Positions 1 to 10,284 of a DNA stretch of 64,000 nucleotides are shown in pieces. Every line of letters begins with the position of its first letter. The first letter of the stretch is position 1. The notes below the pieces were generated by a model that saw only the letters and a program-made list of their open reading frames with translations, was not told the origin of the DNA and made no database searches. The DNA comes from Desulfurobacteriaceae bacterium (lineage in GTDB: Bacteria > Aquificota > Aquificia > Desulfurobacteriales > Desulfurobacteriaceae), in contig JAMOTD010000017.1 in assembly GCA_027068415.1 (NCBI GenBank), forward strand, positions 3,074 to 67,073, read 5' to 3'. A program made the translations under genes and the position numbers.

Positions 1-1092
1 GAGGGGAAGTATTACCTCGTTAAGCTGAAAAAGAGGGACGTCTCTACCTTAGAAGCGCTCAGGGTTCTCTCCCGCCTTGAGAAGATTTCCCTTAAGAAAA
101 TCGGGTTTGCCGGGCTGAAAGACCGCTACGCAATAACCACCCAGTACCTAACGATTCCCGAGGATTACCCCGTAGAGAAGGCCTGCTACAGAATAGTTAA
201 AAACAGGTGGGTTAAAACGGAAAGTCTTGACTTTGATAGGGAGGCAGGTTTCTGTATTGAGCCTGTGGGAAGAGTTAACCGCCCCTTAACCCTTGGGGAC
301 TTAAAGGGAAACCGCTTTACGATAGTAATTAGGAACTTTGAGAAGAACTTAAGGGAGAAGTTTTACAGGAACTACGAAGTTGTTAAAAGGTACGGCTTTC
401 CCAACTACTTCGGTGAGCAGAGGTTCGGAAGCGTAAAGAGCAGGGATGACTTCGTTTTGAGGTATCTCTTAAGAGGTGATTTTGACGGAGCTCTCAGGAG
501 CTACTTCTTCGGCAAATCACAAATAGACTTCTGGGGAGACTGGAGAAGGCTCTACAAAACCCTCTCCCCTGCCCTTGAGGAGTACGAGAAAGACCTCATA
601 AGGGGCTTAATGAGGGGGCTTACTGCCGAAAAGGCCTTCAGGATTTTGCCCAAAAACGTAAGGTTAATGTTTAACTTTGCCTTTCAGAGCTTTCTGTGGA
701 ACGAGGTTTTGAGGGAGTACGTAGAGGCCAAGTACCCCTTTGTAAGGGTTCCCTTTATAAACAACTGGAAGCTCTCCTACTACCTTGAAGTTTACGATAT
801 TGACTACTTGAAGGAGCTCCGAATCCCCTACACCGGAAGAGAGTTTAAGGTTGAGGATAAAGTCTTAAAGAGGGCAATGGAAAGGGTATTTAAGAGGTAC
901 AGAATAAAGGAGGAGTGGTTTGACAAAGAAGTCGGGGGAATGGTTGTTATGACCGATGGTTTAAGGAGGGCGGCAGTCTTCCCCGAAGGGTTTAAAATTT
1001 TGGAAAAAAGCAAGAGGCACATGAAGTTAACCTTTACCCTGCCGCCCGGTTCCTACGCAACGGTTCTCTTAAGGTTTCTCCTTAAAGGGTAG
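1..1092 (+). CDS. truD: tRNA pseudouridine synthase TruD, 5' end outside the window
   Basis: Frame 1 is open from nt 1. The translation contains GFAGLKDRYAITTQ (the TruD catalytic-Asp motif) and GNRFTIVIRN. The listed ORF 265..1092 is only its Met-initiated part. Confidence 0.8.
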   Translation, partial: EGKYYLVKLKKRDVSTLEALRVLSRLEKISLKKIGFAGLKDRYAITTQYLTIPEDYPVEKACYRIVKNRWVKTESLDFDREAGFCIEPVGRVNRPLTLGDLKGNRFTIVIRNFEKNLREKFYRNYEVVKRYGFPNYFGEQRFGSVKSRDDFVLRYLLRGDFDGALRSYFFGKSQIDFWGDWRRLYKTLSPALEEYEKDLIRGLMRGLTAEKAFRILPKNVRLMFNFAFQSFLWNEVLREYVEAKYPFVRVPFINNWKLSYYLEVYDIDYLKELRIPYTGREFKVEDKVLKRAMERVFKRYRIKEEWFDKEVGGMVVMTDGLRRAAVFPEGFKILEKSKRHMKLTFTLPPGSYATVLLRFLLKG

Positions 1093-1732
1093 AGAGAACC
1101 GACTGGGCGCTGTCCTCTGCTAAAATGCAGCTCTCGGTAAGCTCATCCCTCTTCACTTCGGAGAGACCAGCAGGGAGCCCTACCTCCTTACCGCTAACGA
1201 GCTCATCGCAGATTCCCATGAGCTCTTTTGCATCCTTCTTCAACTCTCCAAGTTTGCTCGTGGGGTCAAGGAGTCCGGCAATTACGTAGTCGGAGACTCC
1301 GGCCTTATCAAGGATTTCCTTAATCTCCTCTCCGATTTCCTCCCTTACCGGCTCAAGGATTCCCACCATGTAGGCCTCGTCCTCGTGCTCGGGTATTAAC
1401 CTCTTTGCAAGCTCCCTCATCAGGTATGCAAACTTCAGGATTCTCTTTATCTCGTCCCTGTTTGCGTTTTTAAGGAGCGATGAAGTTAAAAGGACGAAGA
1501 CGTAATCCTTGAGGTTTCTGTACCCGAGGTAGGCTATTGCCTGAACTATTGACTTAATCTCCTTTTTAAGGCCGAAGAAGGGGGAATTTATAAACTTTAA
1601 GAGCCTTGCAGAGAGGTTTGGGTCCATGCTTATTATTTTTGCTATCTCGTCAAGCTCCTCTCCGTCAAGGAGCGCTTTTATAAGTTTCAGCATTACTTCC
1701 CTTTTAAGCTCTAAGTTCTCAATACTTGACAT
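1082..1732 (-). CDS. Stand-alone HDOD-domain protein (paralog 1)
   Basis: Pattern IISMDPNLSARLLKFINSPFFGLKKEIKSIVQAIAYLGYRNLKD matches the HDOD signature (DP.L..k.L...NS..f......I.s...Ai..LG). Confidence 0.7.
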   Translation of the reverse strand: MSSIENLELKREVMLKLIKALLDGEELDEIAKIISMDPNLSARLLKFINSPFFGLKKEIKSIVQAIAYLGYRNLKDYVFVLLTSSLLKNANRDEIKRILKFAYLMRELAKRLIPEHEDEAYMVGILEPVREEIGEEIKEILDKAGVSDYVIAGLLDPTSKLGELKKDAKELMGICDELVSGKEVGLPAGLSEVKRDELTESCILAEDSAQSVLSTL

Positions 1733-1763
1733 TCTTCCTCCCTGATTGCTGATTCCATATTCA

Positions 1764-2402
1764 TTATAACAGCTTTACAATCTTTTCCGCCTCATAGGTT
1801 GCGTCAAGGCAGACTTTTGTTAGAAAAGTCTTCTTAAACTTGGTTGTTTTTACGGGAATATCCTCAATTTCTCCCCTGTTGAGCTTGATGCAGTAGGGAA
1901 GTAATTTTAGGGCAAAGTTCCTCAGTATTCCCAGAGGGCTTTTCTCCTCAGTTAGCCCTTCTATTACAGTTTTGGAAACCCCTGCCTCTTTTAAAATCTT
2001 CACCACCTCTTCCGGGGATTCTGTGTAAACGGGGTAAAGTACCCCGACCATGAAGGCCTCTTCGCTGAGCTCAGGAAGATGCCTTTTTGCCGTAAGCTTC
2101 ATTAGATAGGCAAAGGTTAGTACTCCTTCTATTTCCTCTTTACTTTTTTCCGTTAAAAGTGAGGAAACTAAAACTGCAAAAGCTACTTCCTTAAGTTTTT
2201 TATAGCCTAAGTAGGCTATTGCATCCTCTACCGAGCTTATGGTTCTTCTAAGATTAAAGTAGGCCGAATTTACGAACTTTAAAACTTTGGCAGTTAAGAC
2301 CGGGTCTGCGGAAATTATTTGAGCTATAGTTTGGAGCTCCTCTTCTTCGTTAAGGGCTTTAATTAACCTCAGGAGTACGTGCCTTTCAACTCTCTCCTCC
2401 AT
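1764..2402 (-). CDS. Stand-alone HDOD-domain protein (paralog 2)
   Basis: IISADPVLTAKVLKFVNSAYFNLRRTISSVEDAIAYLGYKKLKE. Collinear with and similar to the neighbouring 216-aa ORF. Confidence 0.7.
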   Translation of the reverse strand: MEERVERHVLLRLIKALNEEEELQTIAQIISADPVLTAKVLKFVNSAYFNLRRTISSVEDAIAYLGYKKLKEVAFAVLVSSLLTEKSKEEIEGVLTFAYLMKLTAKRHLPELSEEAFMVGVLYPVYTESPEEVVKILKEAGVSKTVIEGLTEEKSPLGILRNFALKLLPYCIKLNRGEIEDIPVKTTKFKKTFLTKVCLDATYEAEKIVKLL

Positions 2403-2405
2403 CTT

Positions 2406-3749
2406 TTACTCCTGAAGTGTAAGTTTTGCGTAAAAGAAACCGTCGGTATCGTTTTTGTGGGGAAAGAGCCTCAACCCCCTTTTCCCGAGTTGGGAATTTA
2501 ATTCCTCGGGCAGGTTGTTGAATTGAGAAAGTTTGAATCCCTCTTTCAGGATAAACTCGGCGTTCTCTTCGCCCTCCTCCCTTTCTAAGGAGCAGACGCT
2601 GTAGAGGAGTACTCCCCCTTCTTTCAGTAAATCCTTGGCGGACCTTATTAACCTTCTCTGGATTTTCTGGTTGTACCTTATGAGCTCCAAGGATTTGTTC
2701 CACTTGCCCTCAGGGTGGCGCCTTATTACCCCGGTGGCTGAGCAGGGGGCGTCAATGAGGATTCTGTCAAAGCTCCTGTAGTAGCGTTTAATGAACTCTT
2801 CGTCCTTTGAGATGTCTGTTATTACCGATTCAAGGTTTTCTACTCCCAGCTTTTGGGCATTTTTCCTTAGGAGCTCCATTCTCTTGGGGCTCACGTCAAC
2901 CGCAACTATTTTTGCGCCGTTTTTCGTCAGAGAGGCTATTGCGGTAGTCTTTCCTCCGGGAGCCGCTCCTACGTCCAAAATGAGCTCTCCCGGCTTTGGC
3001 TCTAAGAGGTAGGCGGCCAGGAATGAGGCGGGGTCCTGAATGTAGAAGTAGCCCTCCCTGTAGCCCGGGAGCTCCTCAATCACGACCCTTCCCTTAACCC
3101 TAACCATATCTGGGATAAAGGGGTGGGGCTCGGCCTCAATTCCTGCCTCTTTCAGGAGTTTGAGGAGCTCTTTCTGAGTCGTTTTAATCCTATTTACCCT
3201 CAGAAAGAGTGGGGCAACCCTGTTTAGCCCCTCTAAAAAGGGAAGGAGCTCCCCTTTGCCGTAGAACTCCTCCCACCTCTTAACCATCCAGGTTTCAAAG
3301 GAGTAGAGGGTTGAAACTCTCTCGTAGTAATCTTCTATCCTCTCAATCTCCTTCTTGTAGTTAAAGCCGATTAGCCTTTTGGAGACTGCGTTTACAAATC
3401 CCGCCGCCTTTCTGTTTAAGAGCCTCTTAACCGCTTCTACGGTTTCGTTTATTGCCGCGTAGGGGGGAACTCCGGTAAAGAAGAGCTGGTAGGCTATCAG
3501 CCTGAGGGCGTTCCTAACTACCGGATGCTGCTTCTTTAAACTCTTTCCCGTTGCCCTCTCAACCGAAAAGTCAAGGAGCCTTAGGTAGCGGACAGTTCCG
3601 GAAGTTATCTCCCTAACAAAGGCCCTGCTTTGGGGCTCTACTCCGCGCAGCTTCCTCTCAACGTGCTCCTTTAACCTCTTATCCTTCTCAAAGGCCGTTA
3701 AAACCTTTATTGCCTTTGCCCTCTCACTCCAGCCAGTCAATTTCTTCAA
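2406..3749 (-). CDS. rsmB: 16S rRNA (cytosine967-C5)-methyltransferase RsmB/Sun
   Basis: NusB-like N-terminus, SAM motif LDVGAAPGGKT, and catalytic motifs DAPCSATGVIRRHPE and YSVCSL. Confidence 0.85.
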   Translation of the reverse strand: MKKLTGWSERAKAIKVLTAFEKDKRLKEHVERKLRGVEPQSRAFVREITSGTVRYLRLLDFSVERATGKSLKKQHPVVRNALRLIAYQLFFTGVPPYAAINETVEAVKRLLNRKAAGFVNAVSKRLIGFNYKKEIERIEDYYERVSTLYSFETWMVKRWEEFYGKGELLPFLEGLNRVAPLFLRVNRIKTTQKELLKLLKEAGIEAEPHPFIPDMVRVKGRVVIEELPGYREGYFYIQDPASFLAAYLLEPKPGELILDVGAAPGGKTTAIASLTKNGAKIVAVDVSPKRMELLRKNAQKLGVENLESVITDISKDEEFIKRYYRSFDRILIDAPCSATGVIRRHPEGKWNKSLELIRYNQKIQRRLIRSAKDLLKEGGVLLYSVCSLEREEGEENAEFILKEGFKLSQFNNLPEELNSQLGKRGLRLFPHKNDTDGFFYAKLTLQE

Positions 3750-4227
3750 AGAGCTCCTCCCCCTTTCTTATTGCCTCCTCAATTAGCTTCGCAACCTCCT
3801 CCGGACTCCTGTTTGTAGTGTCAATGTGGATAACCTTTTTAAAAAGAGGGTTCTCAAGGGCTTCGGTCGCTATCACTGCAAATCTCTCGGCCTCTGCGTT
3901 CTCGTTAATCTTCTCCTCGCTGTACGGCCTCTCCTTCAGCCTCTCCTTAACCGTTTCGGGGCTTGCCCTGAGAATTACGAGGTAGTCAACGGGAATGTAG
4001 TGGGCTACGAGCCCTTCGGCGATAAAGTCCTCCTTACCCTCAAAGAACTTCCTCAACTTCTCCGGCTCAACCTCGTAGGCCTCTCTTTCCTCGTCGTAGG
4101 AGGTGTAGAGCCCCTCTTCTCTGACGAGCCGGCTCAAGTTAAAGAGGGGTAGGTTTAACTTCCTTGCTAAAATCTCTGCAACCGTTGACTTTCCCGTTCC
4201 GGGCGTTCCGGTTATTCCTACTCTCAA
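3724..4227 (-). CDS. Fap7/AK6-type putative adenylate kinase (archaeal/eukaryal-type P-loop kinase)
   Basis: MRVGITGTPGTGKSTVAE P-loop, VILRASPETVKERLKERPYSEEKINENAEAE, HIDTT. This layout is typical of COG1936 / Fap7-like kinases. Confidence 0.6.
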   Translation of the reverse strand: MRVGITGTPGTGKSTVAEILARKLNLPLFNLSRLVREEGLYTSYDEEREAYEVEPEKLRKFFEGKEDFIAEGLVAHYIPVDYLVILRASPETVKERLKERPYSEEKINENAEAERFAVIATEALENPLFKKVIHIDTTNRSPEEVAKLIEEAIRKGEELFEEIDWLE

Positions 4228-4315
4228 GTTCCCTCCTTAAACACCTTTCAAAGATAACAAAATTAGCCTCTCTTCTGGTAATATTCCAGTTAACAAGGAG
4301 GTTAAGGAGGCTCCC

Positions 4316-7300
4316 TTGCCCAAGAGAACCGACCTTAAGAAAATCCTCATAATCGGCTCAGGCCCCATAGTAATCGGTCAGGCCGCCGAGTTTGACTACT
4401 CGGGAACTCAGGCCTGTAAGGCGCTTAAAGAAGAGGGCTATCAGGTAGTTTTAGTTAACTCAAACCCGGCAACCATTATGACAGACCCGGACGTTGCAGA
4501 CAGAACCTACATTGAGCCCCTTACGGTTGAAGTTCTTGAAAAGATAATTGAAAAGGAAAGGCCAGACGCACTCCTGCCAACCGTCGGAGGCCAGACTGCC
4601 CTAAACCTTGCGGTGAAGCTCCATGAAGCCGGAATTCTTGAAAAATACGGCGTTGAGCTAATTGGGGCGAAAGTTGAGGCCATAAAGAAGGCTGAAGACA
4701 GGGAGCTTTTTAAAGAGGCAATGCTCAAAATCGGCCTTGAGGTTCCCAAGAGCGGAGTTGCTCACACCTTAGAAGAGGCGATGGAGGTCCTTGAGGAGGT
4801 CGGACTTCCCGCAATTATCCGCCCGGCCTTCACCCTCGGAGGGGAGGGCGGAGGGGTTGCCTACAACGTTGAGGAGTTTAAGGAGATTGTCAGAAAAGGC
4901 CTTGCCGCCTCTCCGGTAAGTGAGGTTCTGATTGAGGAGAGCGTCCTCGGGTGGAAGGAGTTTGAGCTTGAGGTAATGAGGGACTTAAACGATAACGTCG
5001 TAATAATCTGCTCAATTGAGAACTTTGACCCGATGGGCGTCCACACCGGAGACTCAATCACCGTAGCTCCGGCCCAGACGCTAACAGACAAGGAGTACCA
5101 GCTCTTAAGGGACGCCGCAATTGCAATAATAAGGGAAATCGGCGTAGAGACCGGAGGCTCAAACGTCCAGTTTGCCGTTAACCCTGAAAACGGAAGGTTC
5201 ATCGTAATTGAGATGAATCCGAGGGTTTCCCGCTCCTCGGCCCTTGCCTCAAAGGCCACCGGCTTCCCAATTGCAAAAATTGCCGCTAAGTTGGCTGTTG
5301 GCTACACCCTTGACGAGCTTCCTAACGACATTACGAAGAAAACTCCCGCCTCCTTTGAGCCTGCAATAGACTACTGCGTCGTTAAGTTCCCCCGCTGGGC
5401 CTTTGAGAAGTTCCCTGAGGCAGACTCTACCCTCACCACCAGAATGAAGTCGGTGGGCGAGGTAATGGCAATAGGAAGGACATTCAAAGAGGCTCTCAAT
5501 AAAGCTATCCGCTCCCTTGAAATCGGAAGGTACGGCCTTTCTATGAAAGGAGCTTCTGAAGTAGGTGATTCTGAGCTTGAAACGAAGTTGGCCGTTCCCA
5601 ACGCCGACAGGATCTGGTTCATTGCGGAGGCCTTCAGAAGGGGCTGGGACTTAAACAGGGTTTACGAGCTTACAAAAATAGACAGGTGGTTCTTACACAA
5701 CATAAAGCAGCTGATTGAGGTTGAAAAGGAGATAAAGAAGCACACGGTTGAAACCCTTCCTGCTGAAGTCTTAAAGTGGGCAAAGAAGTGGGGCTTTTCT
5801 GATAGGGAAATTGCGGATTTGGTCGGGGCAACCGAAAAGGAGATAAGGGAAAAGAGGAAAGAGGTCAGCCCTGCTCTTTACAAAACAGTTGATACCTGTG
5901 CGGGGGAGTTTGAGGCCTACACCCCCTACTACTACTCAACCTACGACGGAAGAGAGTGTGAGGCAAACCCTACAGGTAAAGAGAAGGTTATAGTCTTTGG
6001 CTCCGGCCCCAACAGAATCGGGCAGGGGGTTGAGTTTGACTACTGCTGCGTCCACTCAGTTTGGGCTTTAAGGGAGCTCGGTTATGAAGCTCACATGGTT
6101 AACTGCAACCCCGAAACGGTCTCAACCGACTACGACACCTCAGACAAGCTCTTCTTTGAGCCCCTAACCCTTGAAGATGCTCTAAACGTAGTTGAAAAGG
6201 AAAAGCCCCTTGGGGTTATAGTTCAGTTCGGAGGTCAGACTCCCCTTAAGCTCTCGGTTCCCCTTGAGAGGGAAGGGGTAAGAATTCTCGGAACTTCTTC
6301 AGAGAGCATTGACATAGCCGAAGATAGGGAGAGGTTCAGGGAGCTCCTAAACCGCCTCGGCCTCAAGCAACCCCCTTCTGGAATTGCCCGCTCCCTTGAG
6401 GAGGCCGAGAGGATTGCTCAGGAAATCGGCTTTCCCGTTTTAATGAGGCCCTCCTACGTCCTCGGCGGAAGGGCAATGAGAATTGTTTACTCCTTAGGGG
6501 AGCTCCGCCAGTACATGGCCGAGGCCGTTGAGGTTTCCGAGGAAAAGCCCGTCTTAATAGACAAGTTCCTTGAGGACGCAGTTGAGTTTGACGTTGACGC
6601 TGTGGCCGACGGTAAGGAGGTCATAATAGGCGGAGTAATGGAGCACATTGAGGAGGCCGGAATCCACTCCGGAGACAGCGCCTGCGTCCTTCCGACCTTC
6701 TCGGTTGACAAGAAGATTGTTGAGGAGATTAAGGAGATAACGAGAAGGATTGCCCTTGAGCTGAAGGTAAAAGGGCTGATAAACATTCAGTTTGCCGTTA
6801 AGGACGGGGAAATCTACATAATTGAGGTTAACCCGAGGGCCTCAAGGACCGTTCCCTTTGTAAGTAAAGCCACCGGGGTTCCGCTGGCAAAGATTGCAAC
6901 AAAAGTTGCAATGGGTAAAACCCTTAAGGAGCTCGGGGTTAAGGAGGTTGAGCCTGAGTACTACTCGGTTAAGGAGGCAGTTTTCCCCTTTGACCGCTTC
7001 CCCGAAGTTGACCCGGTTCTCGGCCCTGAGATGAAGTCAACGGGCGAGGTAATGGGAATAGATAGGGATTTGGGAGTTGCCTTCTACAAGGCCCAGCTTG
7101 CTGCCGGCTCAAGGCTTCCCCTTGACCCCGGTTGTGGAAAAGTCTTCATAAGCGTTAAGGATAGGGATAAGCCCAAGATTTTCGGAATTGCCAAGAAGCT
7201 TGCCGACATGGGCTTTAAAATCGTCTCCACAGAGGGTACCTACAGGTTCCTGAAGGAGAGGGGAATTCCCGTTGAGCTGGTCTATAAGATTCAGGAGGGA

Positions 7301-7537
7301 AGGCGCCCCAACATCGGCGACCTTATTAAGAACGGTGAAATCTGCCTGATAATAAATACTCCCACCGGCAGTAAGTCTAAGAAGGACGCTTACAGCATAA
7401 GGCGTTTGGCCGTTAACTACAAAATTCCCTACTACACTACCGTGAGGGGAGCTCAGGCTGCCGTTATGGCAATTGAGTCTATGAGGAGGGAGAGGTTGAG
7501 GGTTAAACCACTTCAGGAGTACTACGGAGGTAAGTAA
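4316..7537 (+). CDS. carB: Carbamoyl-phosphate synthase large subunit
   Basis: 1073 aa with duplicated ATP-grasp halves ([19 protein letters not shown] / [18 protein letters not shown]) and a C-terminal MGS-like domain. TTG start after AAGGAGG. Confidence 0.95.
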   Translation: MPKRTDLKKILIIGSGPIVIGQAAEFDYSGTQACKALKEEGYQVVLVNSNPATIMTDPDVADRTYIEPLTVEVLEKIIEKERPDALLPTVGGQTALNLAVKLHEAGILEKYGVELIGAKVEAIKKAEDRELFKEAMLKIGLEVPKSGVAHTLEEAMEVLEEVGLPAIIRPAFTLGGEGGGVAYNVEEFKEIVRKGLAASPVSEVLIEESVLGWKEFELEVMRDLNDNVVIICSIENFDPMGVHTGDSITVAPAQTLTDKEYQLLRDAAIAIIREIGVETGGSNVQFAVNPENGRFIVIEMNPRVSRSSALASKATGFPIAKIAAKLAVGYTLDELPNDITKKTPASFEPAIDYCVVKFPRWAFEKFPEADSTLTTRMKSVGEVMAIGRTFKEALNKAIRSLEIGRYGLSMKGASEVGDSELETKLAVPNADRIWFIAEAFRRGWDLNRVYELTKIDRWFLHNIKQLIEVEKEIKKHTVETLPAEVLKWAKKWGFSDREIADLVGATEKEIREKRKEVSPALYKTVDTCAGEFEAYTPYYYSTYDGRECEANPTGKEKVIVFGSGPNRIGQGVEFDYCCVHSVWALRELGYEAHMVNCNPETVSTDYDTSDKLFFEPLTLEDALNVVEKEKPLGVIVQFGGQTPLKLSVPLEREGVRILGTSSESIDIAEDRERFRELLNRLGLKQPPSGIARSLEEAERIAQEIGFPVLMRPSYVLGGRAMRIVYSLGELRQYMAEAVEVSEEKPVLIDKFLEDAVEFDVDAVADGKEVIIGGVMEHIEEAGIHSGDSACVLPTFSVDKKIVEEIKEITRRIALELKVKGLINIQFAVKDGEIYIIEVNPRASRTVPFVSKATGVPLAKIATKVAMGKTLKELGVKEVEPEYYSVKEAVFPFDRFPEVDPVLGPEMKSTGEVMGIDRDLGVAFYKAQLAAGSRLPLDPGCGKVFISVKDRDKPKIFGIAKKLADMGFKIVSTEGTYRFLKERGIPVELVYKIQEGRRPNIGDLIKNGEICLIINTPTGSKSKKDAYSIRRLAVNYKIPYYTTVRGAQAAVMAIESMRRERLRVKPLQEYYGGK

Positions 7538-8100
7538 TGGCCGAGGAGAAGAAAGAGCAGCAGCCTCAGGTTATAGTCGGAAGCATGCCTTACAGGGTCT
7601 CTATGGCCGAAGTTGACGCCTACGGCGTTATGTACTACTCAAGGTTCTTTGAGCTCTTTGAAAGGGGAAGGACGGAGCTCTTCAGAGCTCTGGGAATAGA
7701 GTACAGGAAGGTTTTACAGCAGGAAGGGGTTTTAATGCCCGTAGTTGAAGCCGCCTGCCGCTACATGGCTCCGGTTGTTTACGACGACCTTATAACCCTT
7801 GAAACTGCCATAACAAACGTAGGAACGAGGGGAATAAGGTTTGACTACAGGGTTTTGAGGGACGAGGCCGTTCTGGCGGTAGGCTTTACCCAGCACATTT
7901 TCATTGACCCTCAGGGGCGTCCGGTCTCCTACGGTAAGAAGATTTTTGAAATTCTTAAGGAAAAGGGGCTCATAAAGGAAGGACAGCTGGCTCAGGAGGA
8001 GCAGCCTCAGGAGGGCAAGAAAGAGGACATCTCCGAGAAGTTAAAGAAGCTTATAGTTAAAAGGGTTGAAGAGGGGAAACCTCCTACGGAGAACAACTAA
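7537..8100 (+). CDS. 4HBT/YbgC-like acyl-CoA thioesterase with acidic/lysine-rich C-terminal tail
   Basis: Hot-dog fold pattern VDAYGVMYYSRFFELFERGRTELFRALG...PVVEAACRY...GIRFDYRV. Confidence 0.65.
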   Translation: MAEEKKEQQPQVIVGSMPYRVSMAEVDAYGVMYYSRFFELFERGRTELFRALGIEYRKVLQQEGVLMPVVEAACRYMAPVVYDDLITLETAITNVGTRGIRFDYRVLRDEAVLAVGFTQHIFIDPQGRPVSYGKKIFEILKEKGLIKEGQLAQEEQPQEGKKEDISEKLKKLIVKRVEEGKPPTENN

Positions 8101-8120
8101 CTTGAGGGGGCTCTGCCCCC

Positions 8121-9206
8121 TTAACCTACCACAAACCTAACGGTAAAGAGCTTCTTGAAATCGTCCTTAACGTCAAATGAAATTCTCTTTCTTATTCCCA
8201 CCTTTCGCAGGTTTGCGTTAACGTCTTCTGTAATCGCGTTTGTTCCTTCTGTTCCGCGGAATGAGAGGAACTTTACGCTACTTCCCTTCGGGAGTTTAAA
8301 AGTCTTATCTGAGGAGACCTCTACTTTCCTGCCGTTAATGAGGAGCTGGGTACTGTAGCTAACCCTCGGCTCAAGGAACTCGTTTAGGTTTTTAAGCACC
8401 GTGTCAATTGAGGGCTCGGTCTCAACCCCGTGGAGCTTAAAGAACTCCCTAATCATGAGGATGTGGAACTTTACCTTGTGGTAGAGGTCCGGGAGCTGTT
8501 TTGAGACCTCAAGGCAGATAGCAGGAACCGAGCACTCCTTCAGGCAGAAGTAGGTAAGGGATTTCCTCTGCTCCGGGTGTTTTGTATTTTTTCTGAAGGT
8601 ATGGGTGTTAAAGACGGGGATTTTCCATTTTTTTCTATCTATCAGGGCATTTACCCTCTTTGAAACCGTTTTTGCAGCTTTCCCGAGCTCTATACCTTTG
8701 TAGACTTCCTCGTCTATTACGATGCACTGCCCCCAAGCCTTTGGGTTTACCGAGTGGAAGCCGAACCCGTCGTGAAGGGTTAGAAGCAAATCGGGTTTGT
8801 AGTTCTTTATTAACTCTTTCAGCTTTTTGACTTTAGGGTAGTCGGGGTCTTTTTTTGAAATGTGTGCAAACTTCCTGTTCATGTCCCCGTTGTAGCCCCG
8901 CCTGTTTGTTAGGATTGAGACGAAGTTCGTTCTCGGGGCTATGAGGAGCTCCCCCTTCTTTACCTTCAGGTGTCTTAAAATCTCCGCCGCCTTGTAGGCT
9001 CCCGGCTCGTTCCCGTGAATTCCCCCGACTATTAAGACTCTTCCTCCCTTCTCCCTGCCGGTAATTAGGCTCTCCTGGAAGGGAAGGGGAGGGAGCTCTA
9101 TGACTGCATTAACTCCTCCTGCAGAGGCCTTCCCCGTTTTCAGAAGCGAAAGGACTCCTCCCGCCCCCAGCAGTTTTATAAATTCTCTTCTCCGATAATT
9201 TTCCAT
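8121..9206 (-). CDS. M14-like zinc carboxypeptidase with Tat signal (Csd4/Pgp1-like candidate)
   Basis: Twin-arginine leader MENYRRREFIKLLGAGGVLSL. Zn-binding motif IVGGIHGNEPGAYKAAE. Further His/Glu motifs downstream (LLLTLHDGFGFH). Confidence 0.55.
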   Translation of the reverse strand: MENYRRREFIKLLGAGGVLSLLKTGKASAGGVNAVIELPPLPFQESLITGREKGGRVLIVGGIHGNEPGAYKAAEILRHLKVKKGELLIAPRTNFVSILTNRRGYNGDMNRKFAHISKKDPDYPKVKKLKELIKNYKPDLLLTLHDGFGFHSVNPKAWGQCIVIDEEVYKGIELGKAAKTVSKRVNALIDRKKWKIPVFNTHTFRKNTKHPEQRKSLTYFCLKECSVPAICLEVSKQLPDLYHKVKFHILMIREFFKLHGVETEPSIDTVLKNLNEFLEPRVSYSTQLLINGRKVEVSSDKTFKLPKGSSVKFLSFRGTEGTNAITEDVNANLRKVGIRKRISFDVKDDFKKLFTVRFVVG

Positions 9207-10240
9207 CTGGTTCCCTCTTTAATAATGTAGAGGAGCTTGTTGCTTATAGAATTAAAATTGTTTGAAGAATAGTCTACTTTCAACCTTACTACGTAGAGGT
9301 TCCCGAATTCTAAAATCCTTCCGTCCTTTACGGCAGTGATGTCGGAGAGCTTTATCTTAATCCACCTCTTAGCCTTTGTGATTCTCCTCTTATACCTCTC
9401 CCAGCTCCCGTAGTCTCCCCTCTTCCAGACGAAGTTTTTAGAGTAGCAGTTTAAGTAGGGCTCAATGTTTTTTGGGGTCTCCTCCCACGCCTTCTTCCAG
9501 TGGAGGATAAAGTTTAAGAGGGACTTCTGCTCGTTGAGGAACTCCTTCTTGGGAGCGAAGGAGAGCTCCGAGACTATTACTACCGGCGTTCTCTTGGGGA
9601 CTATGAGTTTTTTGAGCTCCTTGAGGTACTCGTTTTTCAGAACAATGCAGCCGTTTGTACTGTGGGGCGGACGGTTGGGGTTGTTTGTTCCGTGTATCCA
9701 GATGCCGTGGCCGTCCCTCTTTAGTATTTTCCCGTCAAGTAGGTTGGGGTAGTTGAGGGGGAAAGCTCCCAAACCGTAGAGGGGCGGAAGGTTTGACCTC
9801 CAGTAGAGGGGGAAGTAAATTCCCTCGGGAGTTCTCAGGTCTCCCTCCTCAAGCTTATCTCCCGGCCTCTTTCCCGTTATACAGGGGAACTTTTTTACTA
9901 TGAAGGGAACTCCCTTAACCATCTTTACTACGTAGAGGATTTCGTTTGTCTTATCTATGACTATTGCAGGCAGGTTCTCGGGGAGCTCCAAGATGTTGGT
10001 TATTAACTTGCCGCTGTAGAGCTTCTCTACCAGCTTTTTTACCTTTTCGTTCTCTCCCGAGTAGGTTAGCAGTAGGATTTCAAGCTTTATCTTCTCCTCC
10101 TGAGGGAGCTCCTTAATTCTCTTCGCCAGCTCTTTAGGAGGTATCACTCCTATTTCCGAGAGGATTTGACTAAGGGTTTCTCCGTAAGCACCGCTTAGTG
10201 AGAAAATTACTAAGAGCAGAGAGCTTAAAACCTTTTTCAT
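9176..10240 (-). CDS. YkuD-type L,D-transpeptidase-fold protein with NTF2-like C-terminal domain (Csd6/Pgp2-like candidate)
   Basis: Signal peptide. Catalytic motif HGIWIHGTNNPNRPPHSTNGCIVLKN. C-terminal ILHWKKAWEE...TRWKIIGEE resembles an NTF2/SnoaL-like module. Confidence 0.7.
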   Translation of the reverse strand: MKKVLSSLLLVIFSLSGAYGETLSQILSEIGVIPPKELAKRIKELPQEEKIKLEILLLTYSGENEKVKKLVEKLYSGKLITNILELPENLPAIVIDKTNEILYVVKMVKGVPFIVKKFPCITGKRPGDKLEEGDLRTPEGIYFPLYWRSNLPPLYGLGAFPLNYPNLLDGKILKRDGHGIWIHGTNNPNRPPHSTNGCIVLKNEYLKELKKLIVPKRTPVVIVSELSFAPKKEFLNEQKSLLNFILHWKKAWEETPKNIEPYLNCYSKNFVWKRGDYGSWERYKRRITKAKRWIKIKLSDITAVKDGRILEFGNLYVVRLKVDYSSNNFNSISNKLLYIIKEGTRWKIIGEENL

Positions 10241-10284
10241 CTTGTCTCCCTCTGAGTTTCTGGATGTCTATTTTAAAAAATCCT

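Noticed and set aside
8106-8120. GGGGGC-TCT-GCCCCC hairpin between the convergent thioesterase and carboxypeptidase genes, considered as a bidirectional terminator
   Set aside because: The hairpin is real, but it lacks a clear U-tract on either strand and directly abuts the minus-strand stop codon. I therefore left it uncalled.
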